A DNA stretch of 64,000 nt from contig MU061579.1 of the NCBI GenBank assembly GCA_013265495.1, forward strand, positions 1,981,319 through 2,045,318, read 5' to 3'. The position numbers were made by a program, and so were the translations under genes. Position 1 is the first letter of the stretch. Every line of letters starts with the position of its first letter. This document shows positions 40,976 to 53,479 of this stretch, in pieces. This stretch comes from Vicugna vicugna. Taxonomy: Eukaryota. A model generated the notes under the pieces. It was not told the DNA's origin. It was given only the letters and a program-made list of their open reading frames with translations, and did no database searches.

Positions 40976-41989
40976 TCCATTGATTCAGCAACATTTAGCT
41001 GGAATGTTTTGTGCCTAACACTGAATATTCCATGAGGAGAAAACAGTCAAGGTGACTGCAGTCATGGAGGATAGAGTCTAATAGGGGACAGATATACATT
41101 TGCATTAAACTGTAGATCTCTGAATTAAAAAAACAACCATGAATTATTCTCTAATTAAAATACACACATGGACACACACACAAACAACAATATTAAAGAA
41201 AATGTAATAAAACAAGAACAATTATTCATTTCCACAGCTTCTTTTCCATCCTTTGTCCATGTGCATAACTATTAATAATAACAACCATAACAATGAATAG
41301 TTATGGGTCAGATACTACACTAAGTACTTTTATGACTTAAGCTTCAAATATTTGTAGATTATCTTAATCATAATGTATATGCCGTATTAAGTGCTTAATG
41401 AATAGCAGTTGTCCTAATTATCCTAGAGTTTTGTTTTAATTTTTAAAATTGTTTTTGGAATATATTTATTTGAGTAGAATCAGCAGGTGAAATTAATGAA
41501 CCATTTTTAAGGGGCCCTGAATACATGATTTTTCATATATTCTAAAAGATTTGCTCCAAGTAACAATAATTTAACTAATGTATAATGTACTAGTATTAAA
41601 AGTATTATTTGTCAACTGTTTTCTTTAAAAAATGGTTACTAATATTTTTAACTTAAAGTTGACCCATCCTGCTCATCTGTACTTCCTCTGGTATGAGTTC
41701 TTTCTGCATGTTACAATCTATGCATGTTTAGCTTAATGTTTTTACCTATAAATAATTATCACAGATCTTTTGTTTGTCATATTGATTCAAACAATGTTTT
41801 CATTTGTTATTTTTTATCTCATTATTCACTTTTTACAGAGTTTTTATTATGTATATATTCAAGTTTTTCAATATTTTCACTGTATTTTCTATTAACATTT
41901 CAAAGCTTTTAAAGTTATCACTGACTGAATTAAATATTCAGTTTCACTGTCTTCTAGCTCCTTTATGAACTTTGTTTTAATTCATTAAT

Positions 41990-43850
41990 GCATTTTCACG
42001 TCTTGATCTCCCAGCTCTTCTTGACTGACCCTGGGACTTTCATCTTATTTTCTCTTAAACTGCTCTGGTCACGGTTACTGCTCTGGTCAAGTGGCCATTG
42101 ACCTATATCATGCCTAAGTGAGCCATTAATTGTCATTCTTCATTCCACCCCTTCAAATATTTTTTCCACTTGTCTCTCACAGTACCACAGTCTCCTGGGC
42201 TCTCCCTAATTGTCTGGCAACTCTTTTTTCGTTCCACTTCCTAACTTTCGTAGTATCCCAGTTCTTCAGTCCTTGTCATTACTCTCTTCTCTGCCTGAAC
42301 ACACTTGTTCACTCCCAAGGCTTTCAATATCATCTGTAAATTGTGACTCTGAAATTTACACCTATAGTCATGCACAGCCCTACTAAATCTGTATATCTAA
42401 CTTTCTGCCTAGTATCTCCAAATAAATGTCTAACAAAGAGCATAAACCTAAGACATTCAGCAAGGCTCTAGATTCTCTCCCATCCCACCCCAACTCAACC
42501 TTCCAACAATCCTTCCTATCTCAGCATCAGCAGTTGCTACAACTGTTGAGGCAGTTGTTGTGTTATCATCTCTGCTTCTTCTCTTACAATTCACATTTAA
42601 TCCATCTCAATCCTCTCTCAGGTGTTCTGTCATAATATAGGCTAAATCTGGTCACTTTTTATCACTTCTAACCTATTAAACATTGGACAAGAACTCTTTT
42701 GTCTCTAGAATGGACCTCTCTATGCTGTTGCCTCCTAAATGCCTTGTTTCCTACTTGCCTTCTGATGGCCTGTTTTCCACAAGTAACAAGAGTGAACTCT
42801 CTTAAATATGAATAATTAATACTTTACATATATCAGGTCATTTATTTTTCACAATGACCTACTACAAGGGTTACATTTACTTTTCCATTTCACAGATAAG
42901 AAAAATGAGTGACGTGCCCAAGATCACTGCTGGTGACAGACAAAATGGGATTGCACCTGCTTGTTTAACTCGCACTGTTGTACACTCACACCTCTGCCCA
43001 AAACCATTCAACAGCTTTTCATTATGCAGTGTACTGAAGTAAAACACCAAATAGAGACCAGACTTGAAAATTCCTTGATCAGACAAAACCATGTAAGCCA
43101 TGTAAGCAAAACTAAATCTAGCACTTTTGATGAACTTAAGTGAAACCTGGGTTACTTCTTATACATGCTTCTGATTATCAAAAGAAATTTAAGTCATCCT
43201 CCTAAAAATGGTATAAGATAATCACTTTTAACCAATCCCTCGCCATCTGGTATCCCCACTGTATTAACCAATCACTGTAAAGGTTAAACAACTTCCTCAT
43301 TTTCTTTTTCACTTTATAACTCATCCTGTAACGTCATGTCTCTGAGCTTCAATGATCAGTTTTGAATTTTAAAGCTCCCAGTTCCTGAACTGCTCTTATA
43401 TGCATAATAAACTGTTACTAAATACTATTTTATTGATCTGGTGGCTTTAATTTTGCTATTTCTGGATTATTGAAAATTGATTAAAAAGTGCACTTCTCAG
43501 CATGACTCAGACCCACATCATTTTACATGACTTTGCCTCTGCCTACATCCTCCACTCATAGCAACCACTCCCCATTCAGTCTTTATTGCTCCTCAAACAC
43601 CACAATGCTGGTTTCCATCTCAGTGCTTCTGCACTTTGTGACATTGTGCTTTCTTTCTAGTCTTCTCCCAGATCTTTATATGGCTCCCTCCCCAATTATT
43701 TAGGTATCTGCTCCACTGTCTCTAACAAATCTACCTGAAACAACCTCTCCCAGGTTTTTCCTCTCTCCATCCCTTCACTCTCCGTCTCCTTAGACTCCTG
43801 CATAACCCTCATCACTACCTGGAATCATTAAAATGTATCTGTTTGGTGTT
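41990..43850 (+). mobile_element. L2 LINE fragments interrupted by a MIR and an LTR
   Basis: 'ctcccaaggctttcaatatcatctg...tgtatatctaactttctgcctagtatctcc' and 'tcttctcccagatctttatatggctccctcc'. Confidence 0.6.
43030..43476 (+). mobile_element. ERV1-type solo LTR
   Basis: TGT start, 'accagacttgaaaattcc', two CCAAT boxes ('taaccaatc'), TATA-like 'ctttataa', AATAAA near the 3' end. Confidence 0.65.
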
Positions 43851-46800
43851 TAACTGTATGAAATTGATAAGCTTAGCATCATATAGTTTGCTTTAGTTCT
43901 GATATCTATATTCTGAAATAACTCTATACTTATTTAAAATGTGTTTCTATTTACTAATACAACCTTGGAAAGAAGTCAATCTACAAGAAAAATATTTAAC
44001 CATCATTATATCCATGCAAAATGCTCACACAGTGCCATTTCTATTATAGATATTAGAAAAAGATAAACTTAAGAAATGAACACATAAATGTTTTAAAATA
44101 CGTATTTTAGATATCATTAAATAATGATTTTCATTTGGGATACACTTTCTCTGACAACTTTTAAATCACCTATCTATAACTGATAGCAATAAATTATCTC
44201 AAAAAATACGAGCTATTATAAATTCGAAGTAATTGCATTCCGTAATACTTAGTGTCCTTAATTTCTCTTGCCTCCAATTCAAGTCCAACTATGAGACTGT
44301 TAACCAAAGCGCCACCCCACTAGTGCATACATTCTTACTAGTTGGCACCGCTGTTTTAAAAAACAAGATGAATACTTTATTTGAATGTGAGTGGGGCCAA
44401 CTTTTGCAAATCTTTAAAATACAGTTCAATAGTTTGTCCAGTGATACATTTTAAAATATCTTATCTCTTCAAGGGTTTTTGGATTCCTTCATTTTTTAAA
44501 ATACCAGATGAGAGCACAGTGTTTGTAAAGATAGAAAGTAACATGCCAGAAGTTTGGAAAAGCAGCAGGTATGTGAGGCATGCAAAAATAATGAGGCAAG
44601 TATATTTGCTGATCTGCACTTCAATAAGCAGGCTGTTCTCCTGGGAAGGTGTTTTTACAGACACTTCAATCATTTATGCTACTAGCCTTTGCTTTACTGG
44701 TGAGTGTTGAGTTTTTCTTTTCTTTTTTTCCTAAGTGGGTCAAGAGCACATATGTTTTAACTACAGAAAAATATGTTAAGGTACTAAATAATAAGGCCTT
44801 GATTTAAAAATTATAGCATTCACAATGATGTAGTTTAAGACTTTAGTTATTCCCAGGGTGACCTCCTGGGCTTACTGGATTCTCAGCAGAAAACCATCTG
44901 CATTCGCTACAATGCATGTAGATGCTACCAACTGCTATTGGAGAAACACCACACGTTAAGCACATGGTATGTCAGGTAAGGGAAAAAGAAAAGTGTCCTC
45001 CCTCTTGAATGGCAATTTCCATTCCTTACTCATCTTTTGTTCTCTCTCCAGTAGTAAATCTCTGTTATGTGGTGAGATGTGTCAACCAATTTAGGCCACT
45101 GGAGTCCCATTTAATGTCCTCATATCCTTGTACTTTCAATGGCTCTCTCAACATCCCCTCACACTCCAGATTCCTGAATAAATTTATTACCTTCTTCCCT
45201 GTGTGCTTACAAAAAGTCCATTTCTTAGCTTTCCAGGGAGATTCAGAATGAAAAATAAAAATCTCCATCCAAGGCTTAGATTTCTATGAGTTTATGGATT
45301 CGAAGAAATGACAAAAGTAAACATTTATTACCAGTCTTGACCAGTGAATAAAGGAGACAAGGCAGCATGAAGGAAAGGGAAAAGCTTAGGTCATGGATTT
45401 CTTGACAAACTGATCAATCTTTTTGTCCAGTTACATGGGCCTTGGAATTTTCAGATATTTGGGGTTTAGAATTTCCTTTTCAAAAAGGTATAGTTGGTCT
45501 TTACTTCATAGAACCCAGAGGCAAATGAGTTGTCTGCTTGGATGTTTGGTATATAAATGATTGCCCAACAAGTTATCTAATTTACAAAAATATTTTCATG
45601 GTGTAGTCTTGGCCCTACTTATATATTTGAATATTTTTCTCATTCCAGAAAGCTACAATATGCTCCTATTCTTTGTTAAGTACCTACGGAAAAGCTTAGT
45701 TACTGATGAAATAAATGTCAACCTTTAAGTAATCCCAACCTACCAGTTTGTTCACTTTTTTACGGAATAAAACTAAACTATAGATTGTCTTTAAAACTAA
45801 AAACATTCTTGTCATTCATGCCTGGCAGATGTTTTTAGGTTGGGGAATACATGTTAAGTGCTTAAAAAATATATTCACTCTATGATAAATTTATTTGTTC
45901 GTAAATGTCAGCTAGGCTTTTAAGCCTGTAGGAAGCAATGCTTGTAAAACTTTAAATTTTTATCAACTTTTAACTTTAAATGTAGTCTGGAGGAATACAA
46001 ATGAAGGCTGCACCCTGTAAAAATGTACAATTTTTTTTTTCCTCCCTCGAAGGTACTTCACTGCAAACATGCTATAAGTAACTCATATGACCAGGCTATG
46101 TTTTACTACTTAGTTGTGTGACAAGGGGCTTAATAAGCCTGAAAAATGTTGACACCTCAAGATTTGTGTTAGAAAAGAACATAATGCCTGATCTTTGGAA
46201 CTGGGGACTAAAAGCTCACACTTTTCATTTAATAGAAAATCGGGTAACTATACACCAGTAGAAATAGATGGTGCAGAAAAATTCAAATTAAATATGAAAG
46301 ATGCAAATTGTCAAGCATTAGACTGTGAGATTACCCTTGATTTAATGAAGCCCAATATCTAGAGAAAGACCTCTAACTTGTCAGGTTGTTCTCCACAAAA
46401 TGAACATTTTTTTTTTTCTGCAGCATGTTACTCTTTTCTAAGGTTTATCTGTAATGTAAGCCCAAGTTCTGCAAAGAAGCTATTGGAAACAAAACCCACA
46501 GACTTCTAAGATACTTAACAGTAGAATATAATAACTGACAACAATAAGTTGAAAGGCATACGTAATAAATATTTTGAATTCAATTATTTCTTAAGACATT
46601 TATTAAGGTACAGTTTTCTAATCAAACTTGACTTAAAAAATTATTAAATGTTTCTGTTCTCAGACTGGTTCATAACCCCACTCATTTACTTCTTTGTTTG
46701 CTAAATAATAACTGAATGGCTAGCACATGCCAGGCTCTTCTTGGATTTTCAAGGGTGTTTGTTTCACTCCCTCATGGAAGGCATCATAGATGCTAGATAC

Positions 46801-46879
46801 TCCGGAGGTCAGTCAAACTTCTAAAACAGTAATTTGATTCCTTGTATCTCCAGAAGGAAAGACATGGACAAATCATAAC

Positions 46880-47100
46880 GTATAGCCTCAAGACAGCATG
46901 AGTTCAAATTTGAACACAGCCACTTAATAGTTGCATGATCTTGGTCACTGAAACACTCGTCTCAGTTTTCTCATCTGTGTGACGGAGAGTATGTTGATAT
47001 CTTACTCAGAGTGTTGTGGTGAGGATTTTACATGATGATAGATGTAATGTGTTTAGCACAGTGCTAGATATGTAGAAAAAATGCCCAATAAATACTAGCT
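46880..47100 (+). mobile_element. MIR SINE
   Basis: 'gagttcaaatttgaacacagccacttaatagttgcatgatcttgg...ctcagttttctcatctgt...tttagcacagtgct'. Confidence 0.85.
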
Positions 47101-49149
47101 AGTCCCAGTAGGACTTGCAGTAGTGTTCAATAGCAGCAGTAGAATTTGTACTTAGGCTAATGCATTTCAATGTATTCTGTATATAGTTCAAATATATGTA
47201 TATATATTTATTACATATATATAGCTTATATAAAAATACTACGTGAATTATTCTTTTATTCTTTCTGTGAGATTATCACCTCCCATGTAAATTTATACAT
47301 ACACATGCATATACGTATGCATATATGTGTGCATGCTTTGGGTAACATTCATATGTGTACATATATAGAGTGAGAGAAAAAGAAATTCATAAGGAGAGCA
47401 TCCAACATCTGCCTTATTCTAAGACTCTTATTTTATTCTAAGAAATGTCATTATAGTTACATTATCTCACTCATTTTGACTGATGCTGATTAACCTAAAT
47501 TAACAAAATCTGAATTATAACACTCCTTTTAAAAATGAAGCATTGCTACCTCCATTAAAATTATAAGCAATGCTATCTATGTATTATTCAGTGATGATAA
47601 TTTAAATATTAAATATTTTAATGTTTACAAATATTAAATCTTCAGCATAGGTACAATTATCAGTGATAAACTATTGGTTGTTCATATTATGGGTGGATAA
47701 ATGGTTACTGTCTTCATCATCATTATTAACGGATGTTCAACAAGTTATTTTTGTTTTAAAAATTCTCTACTAGTAGAGATTCTCTACAAAATAGTGGAGT
47801 ATTAATATTATACAAATCTATAGAAAAATAAGATTGACATAAGCAACAGTAAACTAAATGACAACTGCTAAAAGCATTACAGACACTATGGAGATGGAGC
47901 CTGCATTAATGAGGTTTAGTTGTGACAAAGATAGTATGACATACTACACTTCACCAAATAAAATTGATGCAATAAATGTTGTATTATGTTAATAATTTAC
48001 TTAAACAGGCAATTTTAGTTAAGTACCTTCCATTAAATTTTAGAAATAAAGTCAGTATATGTGTTATATATTAGCCAAGAAAAAATGATATAGCATGGTT
48101 TACCAGGTAAAGTAAGGACAGTTCACACTTACAGGACTTGCACACTTTTTTCACTTAACCCAGTTTCTTAGAGTATCATCACTGATCTGTGCAACACCAA
48201 AATCTCCCCAGGGAGAAACTGCAAAGGACCCTACCCTAGAGGAATAGAATGTTCACCAATTAGGCCCTGCTTCCTTCCCTTGAAGAAAATCCTAGTCCAC
48301 TGTTCTTTCGGTACTTGTTTCTCCCTCTGGGAGATCCTTCGTTTTCTATTTTCCTCCTCTCATCTGAAGAGGACACTGGAAAAAAAAACCCTCCCTGAGA
48401 ACCACACAGCTTTCTTATCCTCCTTTCTGTCTCTGGAAGGTTGGGGCCCAAAGTTAAGACTCAAGGAATCACAGTGCTTTAAAACCAGACTAATGATCCC
48501 TTGGTAGCACAACTCTTTCAAAAGCCTGGCTTGCTTTTCTCCTGTTACTCAATTCATATGCTAGTAGCTCACCCACAAATTACTCTTTTTTCCAGACTTA
48601 ATCGTAGGTAACTGCAACTTACCAAGCCTTATTGGGGAAGCCATTCCTTTATTCTTTTTCCCGTGAGCCATTTGGTCTAACTTAAGGTTTTCACGAGGCG
48701 CTATCTTAATTAATTTTGAGACTTTAACAAAAGGTTTTACGGTCATGATTCTAAATGACTACTTTCAGAGGAGAGAGGTTTTGAATTAGCCTTTGTTTTC
48801 AAAGGCTACCTCAGTTTTATTTTTTATCTGTTGGAAAAGAGAAGCAGCGCCAGCTTCTGTTCCTGGAAGCTTTGGGAATCTCTGAGCTTTCTATATCCCC
48901 ATTTTTGCTTACTTGGTGGCCAATTATTTTCTGATTTAATGTCTTTCTTATAGCACCTGTTCAAAGCAGACCATCTCAACTAGGCACTCTCACAATATTC
49001 TCTTTCTCATTCACCACTGCATAACACTGTAGTCATTTGTTGGGATTCCAGTAGCAATCCCCTGGGTATTCACTATCAACAGGGAAAGTTAATATGAAGC
49101 CTTTTTGTGTTTGTTTAATCAGCACCCAATTCTTGGTACTAATTTCTGT

Positions 49150-49490
49150 ATTTGGTTCTGTTAAGTATAATACAGGAACAAAAATCCCCATTTTACAGGG
49201 ACTTCTGACAACAATATTTCTCTCTTGTGTTTTATGTATCTCATGGGTCAGCTGTGTTTCTGCTCTCCATTGTTTCACACCAGGGTCTAAGCTGAAGGAG
49301 CTTCCCCTATCTGGATCATACAGATCTCATAGCAGAGGGAAAAAAATATTCTACAACAGCTTTAAAGCTTTTGCTTCGGAGCGGCACATATCACTCTGTT
49401 CATTTCATTACCCAAATCAAGTCATGTATCCAAATGGGGTAGCAAAATACCTTTTTCCTAAAGCAAGAAACATTTGACAACCATTACAAT
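49150..49490 (-). mobile_element. Old MaLR LTR (MLT1J/K-like)
   Basis: 'tgctctccattgtttcacaccagggtctaagctgaaggagcttcccctatctgg...gcacatatcactctgttcatttcatt'. Confidence 0.6.
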
Positions 49491-50560
49491 CTGCCACGGA
49501 GAGAGAGGAATGCAGACATCTGGCCAAGGGAATTTGAGGCACAAGTAACAGCCAAGGCAAAAAGTGGGAATGTGTCTGACACATCCACGGAAGAGCAAGG
49601 AGGCCAGTGTGAATGGAGAAAGGTGTGCAAGCTGGAAAGTTGCCAACCACAGAGAGGGGAGAAGGAGTAAAATTCTGTAGGGCTCTGTAGGCTACTGTAA
49701 TGAATTTGGCTTTTTGAGTAAAGGAAGAGTTTTGAGCAAAGAAGTAATGTGATCTTTCATTTTAAAAGAATCACTGTAGCTGCTATGACTAGATGAAATG
49801 GACAAAGGGTGTTAGTAGGGACACAGCTTAGAAGGATACTGCCATCAAAGTGAGAAAGTGACCCCTTAGACCAGGGTGATGGATATGGAGGCACAGAGAT
49901 GTGGTCAGATGTGTATTGAAGATGAGACACAAGGTCTCCGAGTGGGTTTCATACGGGATGTGAGAGAAATAAAAGTCGAAGTTAGAGTCAAACTCTAGCT
50001 TCTAACTTGCAACTGGAAGTTGTCATTAACTGAGTAGGGAAGATTGTGGGCATAGCAGGTTCAGGGAGAAGACTGAGTTCCACTTAGCATACAAGTATGA
50101 GATGGCAACCAGACATCCACATGTAGATGTCAAGTTTGGGAGAAAGGAGGAGGAATTTAAAAAAAAAAAAAGGAGTTTATGAGCCTATAACTTATTTAAA
50201 ATCTTCAGATTGAATGAAATCAACAAATTGGTGACTAACCAGAAAAGATGACAAAGTCACTCCAATTCTAAGAAATCCAGGAGAAGAAAATGAACAAGGA
50301 AGCAAGGCTTAGTTTTCAGGAGGAAAACAAATAGTGTGTGATATGCTGAGAGTCAAGAAATTAATGTGTTCAAAGAGGCAGGTGTGATCAAATGTACCAA
50401 AGGATGCTGCTAGATTATATAAAAAGAGTCTGAGATTTACTCACCAGCTTTAGCAATTTGGAAGTTATTGTGACCTTGAAAAGAACAGTTATGCGAAGTG
50501 ATGGGGCAAGAGCCTAACAGGAGTAATTTTAAGAACGAACAAAAGAGAAAAAAAAAGGAC
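49490..50560 (-). mobile_element. L2 LINE fragment
   Basis: 'gcaaggaggccagtgtgaatggag...ttttaaaagaatcactgtagctgct...agcaatttggaagttattgtgaccttg'. Confidence 0.8.
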
Positions 50561-53479
50561 ACTGAGTATAGGTAATACATCCAGGAGAGAATGGAATGGG
50601 CCTGCGGTAAGTTTCATAGTGGATTTCATCTTTATATAAAGATGGCTTTTTTTTTTTAATAAAAAGTGACAGTAACAATATTCTAACATTTGTTAACTTC
50701 CAGAAAAATGGCACATAGGTGTTTTAAAATATGCTTTACACTTTTCATTAAAAGAAAAAAAAGACAAAAATGCATCCTTTAGAAGAGACTTAAGAAATTC
50801 AAACTTTAAGATTTTGACAACAGCTTAGAAAATTATGTGGAAAGGAAAAATATTAATTCAACAGAGACTGATTTATTAAGACTATCTTTTTTATTGTTAA
50901 AAAAAAAACTATAGGGGTTAATTATAGGTAGGGTGGAAATCCAAGTCCTGGGGCAAGTCTGAGGGATGGGTTGTGATTAGTGAAGGGGAGAGGCAGAAAG
51001 AAACCAAGCAAGATGGATGACATGCATTTCCTTTATGAAGCCTGGGATCAAAGATTTGTGGCTAATAAGTCAAATTATCTGGGAGTGTCAAGGAGATGAG
51101 CTATAAGGTTAGAAACTAAAGGGAGAGTCAAACAGATGAACTGAGTCAGAAGCGGAAAGTAATTCCAGGCTCTGTGGGAGGAGGAAGGGGGAGCAGCAGG
51201 TAGAGAAGATGTAGATGTGAATTTGGACAGATGAACTAGCCCAATCAGCCATCATGTCCCTGAAGAAGTTAATTCTCCACACTTACTTCATAAAGAAAAC
51301 CAAATTGACTGTGGAAAACATTATGACCCTAAATTTTTCTCCAAGTTTGGTCAGACTGCTTCTGGCCATTTTCAAACAAGTTTATCTATAAAGAACAAGT
51401 TATAAATATGGATTTGAAATAAGCTCCTTTATGGCAGTCACTTTGTTCTCTTATATGTACTTATTCCCCTTAATCTATGCTTAGAAAGTAGGGGGCTCAG
51501 TATACACTGTTCAGTGAACATTGATGTTCTTATGGTCAATGGACAAGTCGATGGACAAACTTTGTAAACAAATGACTTCAGACATAAACATAACACGTTC
51601 ATGAATTACATCATATTTAAAGGCAACAGAAAAAATTGCTTTCCTAAGGACTTTGTTGGATTCCTTTTTAAGGAGAATATATACTTAGGAAATAAAATTT
51701 TACCCATTAAGTTTATTCATTAAATTGTGAGTGTATGGGTATTATTTAGAATGCAGATATAATGTAGTGGTTCAAAATTTAAAGTATTAAGTATCTGAAA
51801 AGAAGTGAAAAATATAATAAAAGTGACTTGAGGGTTCTTTAAAAAGCTAAATGTAATCAGCGAGAAACAGAATGCAACAAAAATTATCACTATATTGATA
51901 CTTACTTTAATCACACAATAAAAGTGCTTAGTACAATTGATTTATCATTCCAATGCACCAGCTTAGAATTAAGTCCACTATATTAAATCAAGAGTTAATT
52001 GGAAAATGTTGCTGAAGTTAAATAATACAATTTTGCTGAGATTAAAGCAGTTTTCTTTTAATAAACCCAAAGGCTACATTATATTTTAATACTTTCCCCA
52101 TGAATATTTTGGAGTATTACTATGCAAAGATCAGCCCTTTAAGAGTTTTAAACAGCCACCAAGTATGATCTCATTTTATCTGATATTTCTGAAGAACTCT
52201 TAAAAGTAAATAAGATGAGCAAAGCTTTAATTGACATTTCTTGAATTTAAATATGCATAAGGTGATTGATATTTAAACATCATTTACTGAAGAGCTCAAT
52301 TTCAATGAACCAATCAATGTATCAAATTCAGATGTATTACTTCGGGGTGATGAGGGAACAGTAAAGAGGAAAACTTGTTTATATTAGAAAATGGATTTTA
52401 AGTATATAACTAGTTTAATCTACAAAACCTGGTTTTAAAAGATGAATCATATTTTCTGTAACTAAAAACATTATTGTTCTTTGCATTGAAATATTTGTTA
52501 CCTTTTATTTTATTATTTTTTAATTGTAGTATCTTTTGCTGTAAAATGTAAGTCAATGTTTCAAAAGAAAAGTGAATTTTATTATAGGAAACAAAAAAAT
52601 GTATTAACCTTATACATGAACTTTATATAATTCGTCCTTCATAAAAAATATATCTGGAAACTGAGAAGAACGTACATTTGTTTTAAGACCACAAAAATCC
52701 ATGTAAGGATAGGACTTAGGATATGAAATATAACTCAAAAAGTTAGATTTTTTTATTACCAGTTGCAAAATGATTCAGTATTCAAGATCCTGTTGAACTT
52801 TCAAAAATGATGGAGAATCTGTTTTTAACTCAAAAGTCAGGTATCTTTCATAATAGTTTGTAGAGATTAAGAAACCTCAATCTCTGCCCTTTAAAAATGT
52901 ATTTCATATAGATTTTTGTTGAATTAGAGAAAGTACTTCAAAATTCAATGTTTTGGATGAATTTTCTAATACAAATGGTGTTGAGATATCTGGTTTTGAA
53001 GGTTAAAAATATCACCCTTTGTATAAAATCTGCAATGCTAAAAAGTAAAATGATTTCATCACTGAAAGAAAAGTTTTTTTTTTTTCTTTGCTTGTAAGGA
53101 AAGATAAGGTACACCTAAACATAAAAGGAAAGGAAGAAGCTATAATGTAAGAGATGGATTTTTAGTATGTAGAAAACGTAAAACATTTTAGGTCAAACAT
53201 TATCAGAAACAAAGAAAAAAAGACAATCATTATCCATGAAAAAACACTTGCAACTTTTAGGACAGAGACCTGCTATTATCACTATCAAGTTAGTTTCCAC
53301 AAATCAATTTTTAAAAAAGCTAGTAACTTTAGAGAAAAATATTCCCAAACAAAACAGATGAAGATCGAATTAGTGGTAAAAAGGGCTGGTCAGCAGTGGT
53401 GAAAACACACAACCTCACCAATAGTAAATGAAGGACAAACTAAAATCATAACTGGGGGCCCAGAGGGCCACTTGCAGTT

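Noticed and set aside
47764..47779. 16-bp perfect palindrome TCTCTACTAGTAGAGA
   Set aside because: About one 8-bp-arm palindrome is expected by chance in 64 kb, and there is no supporting context.
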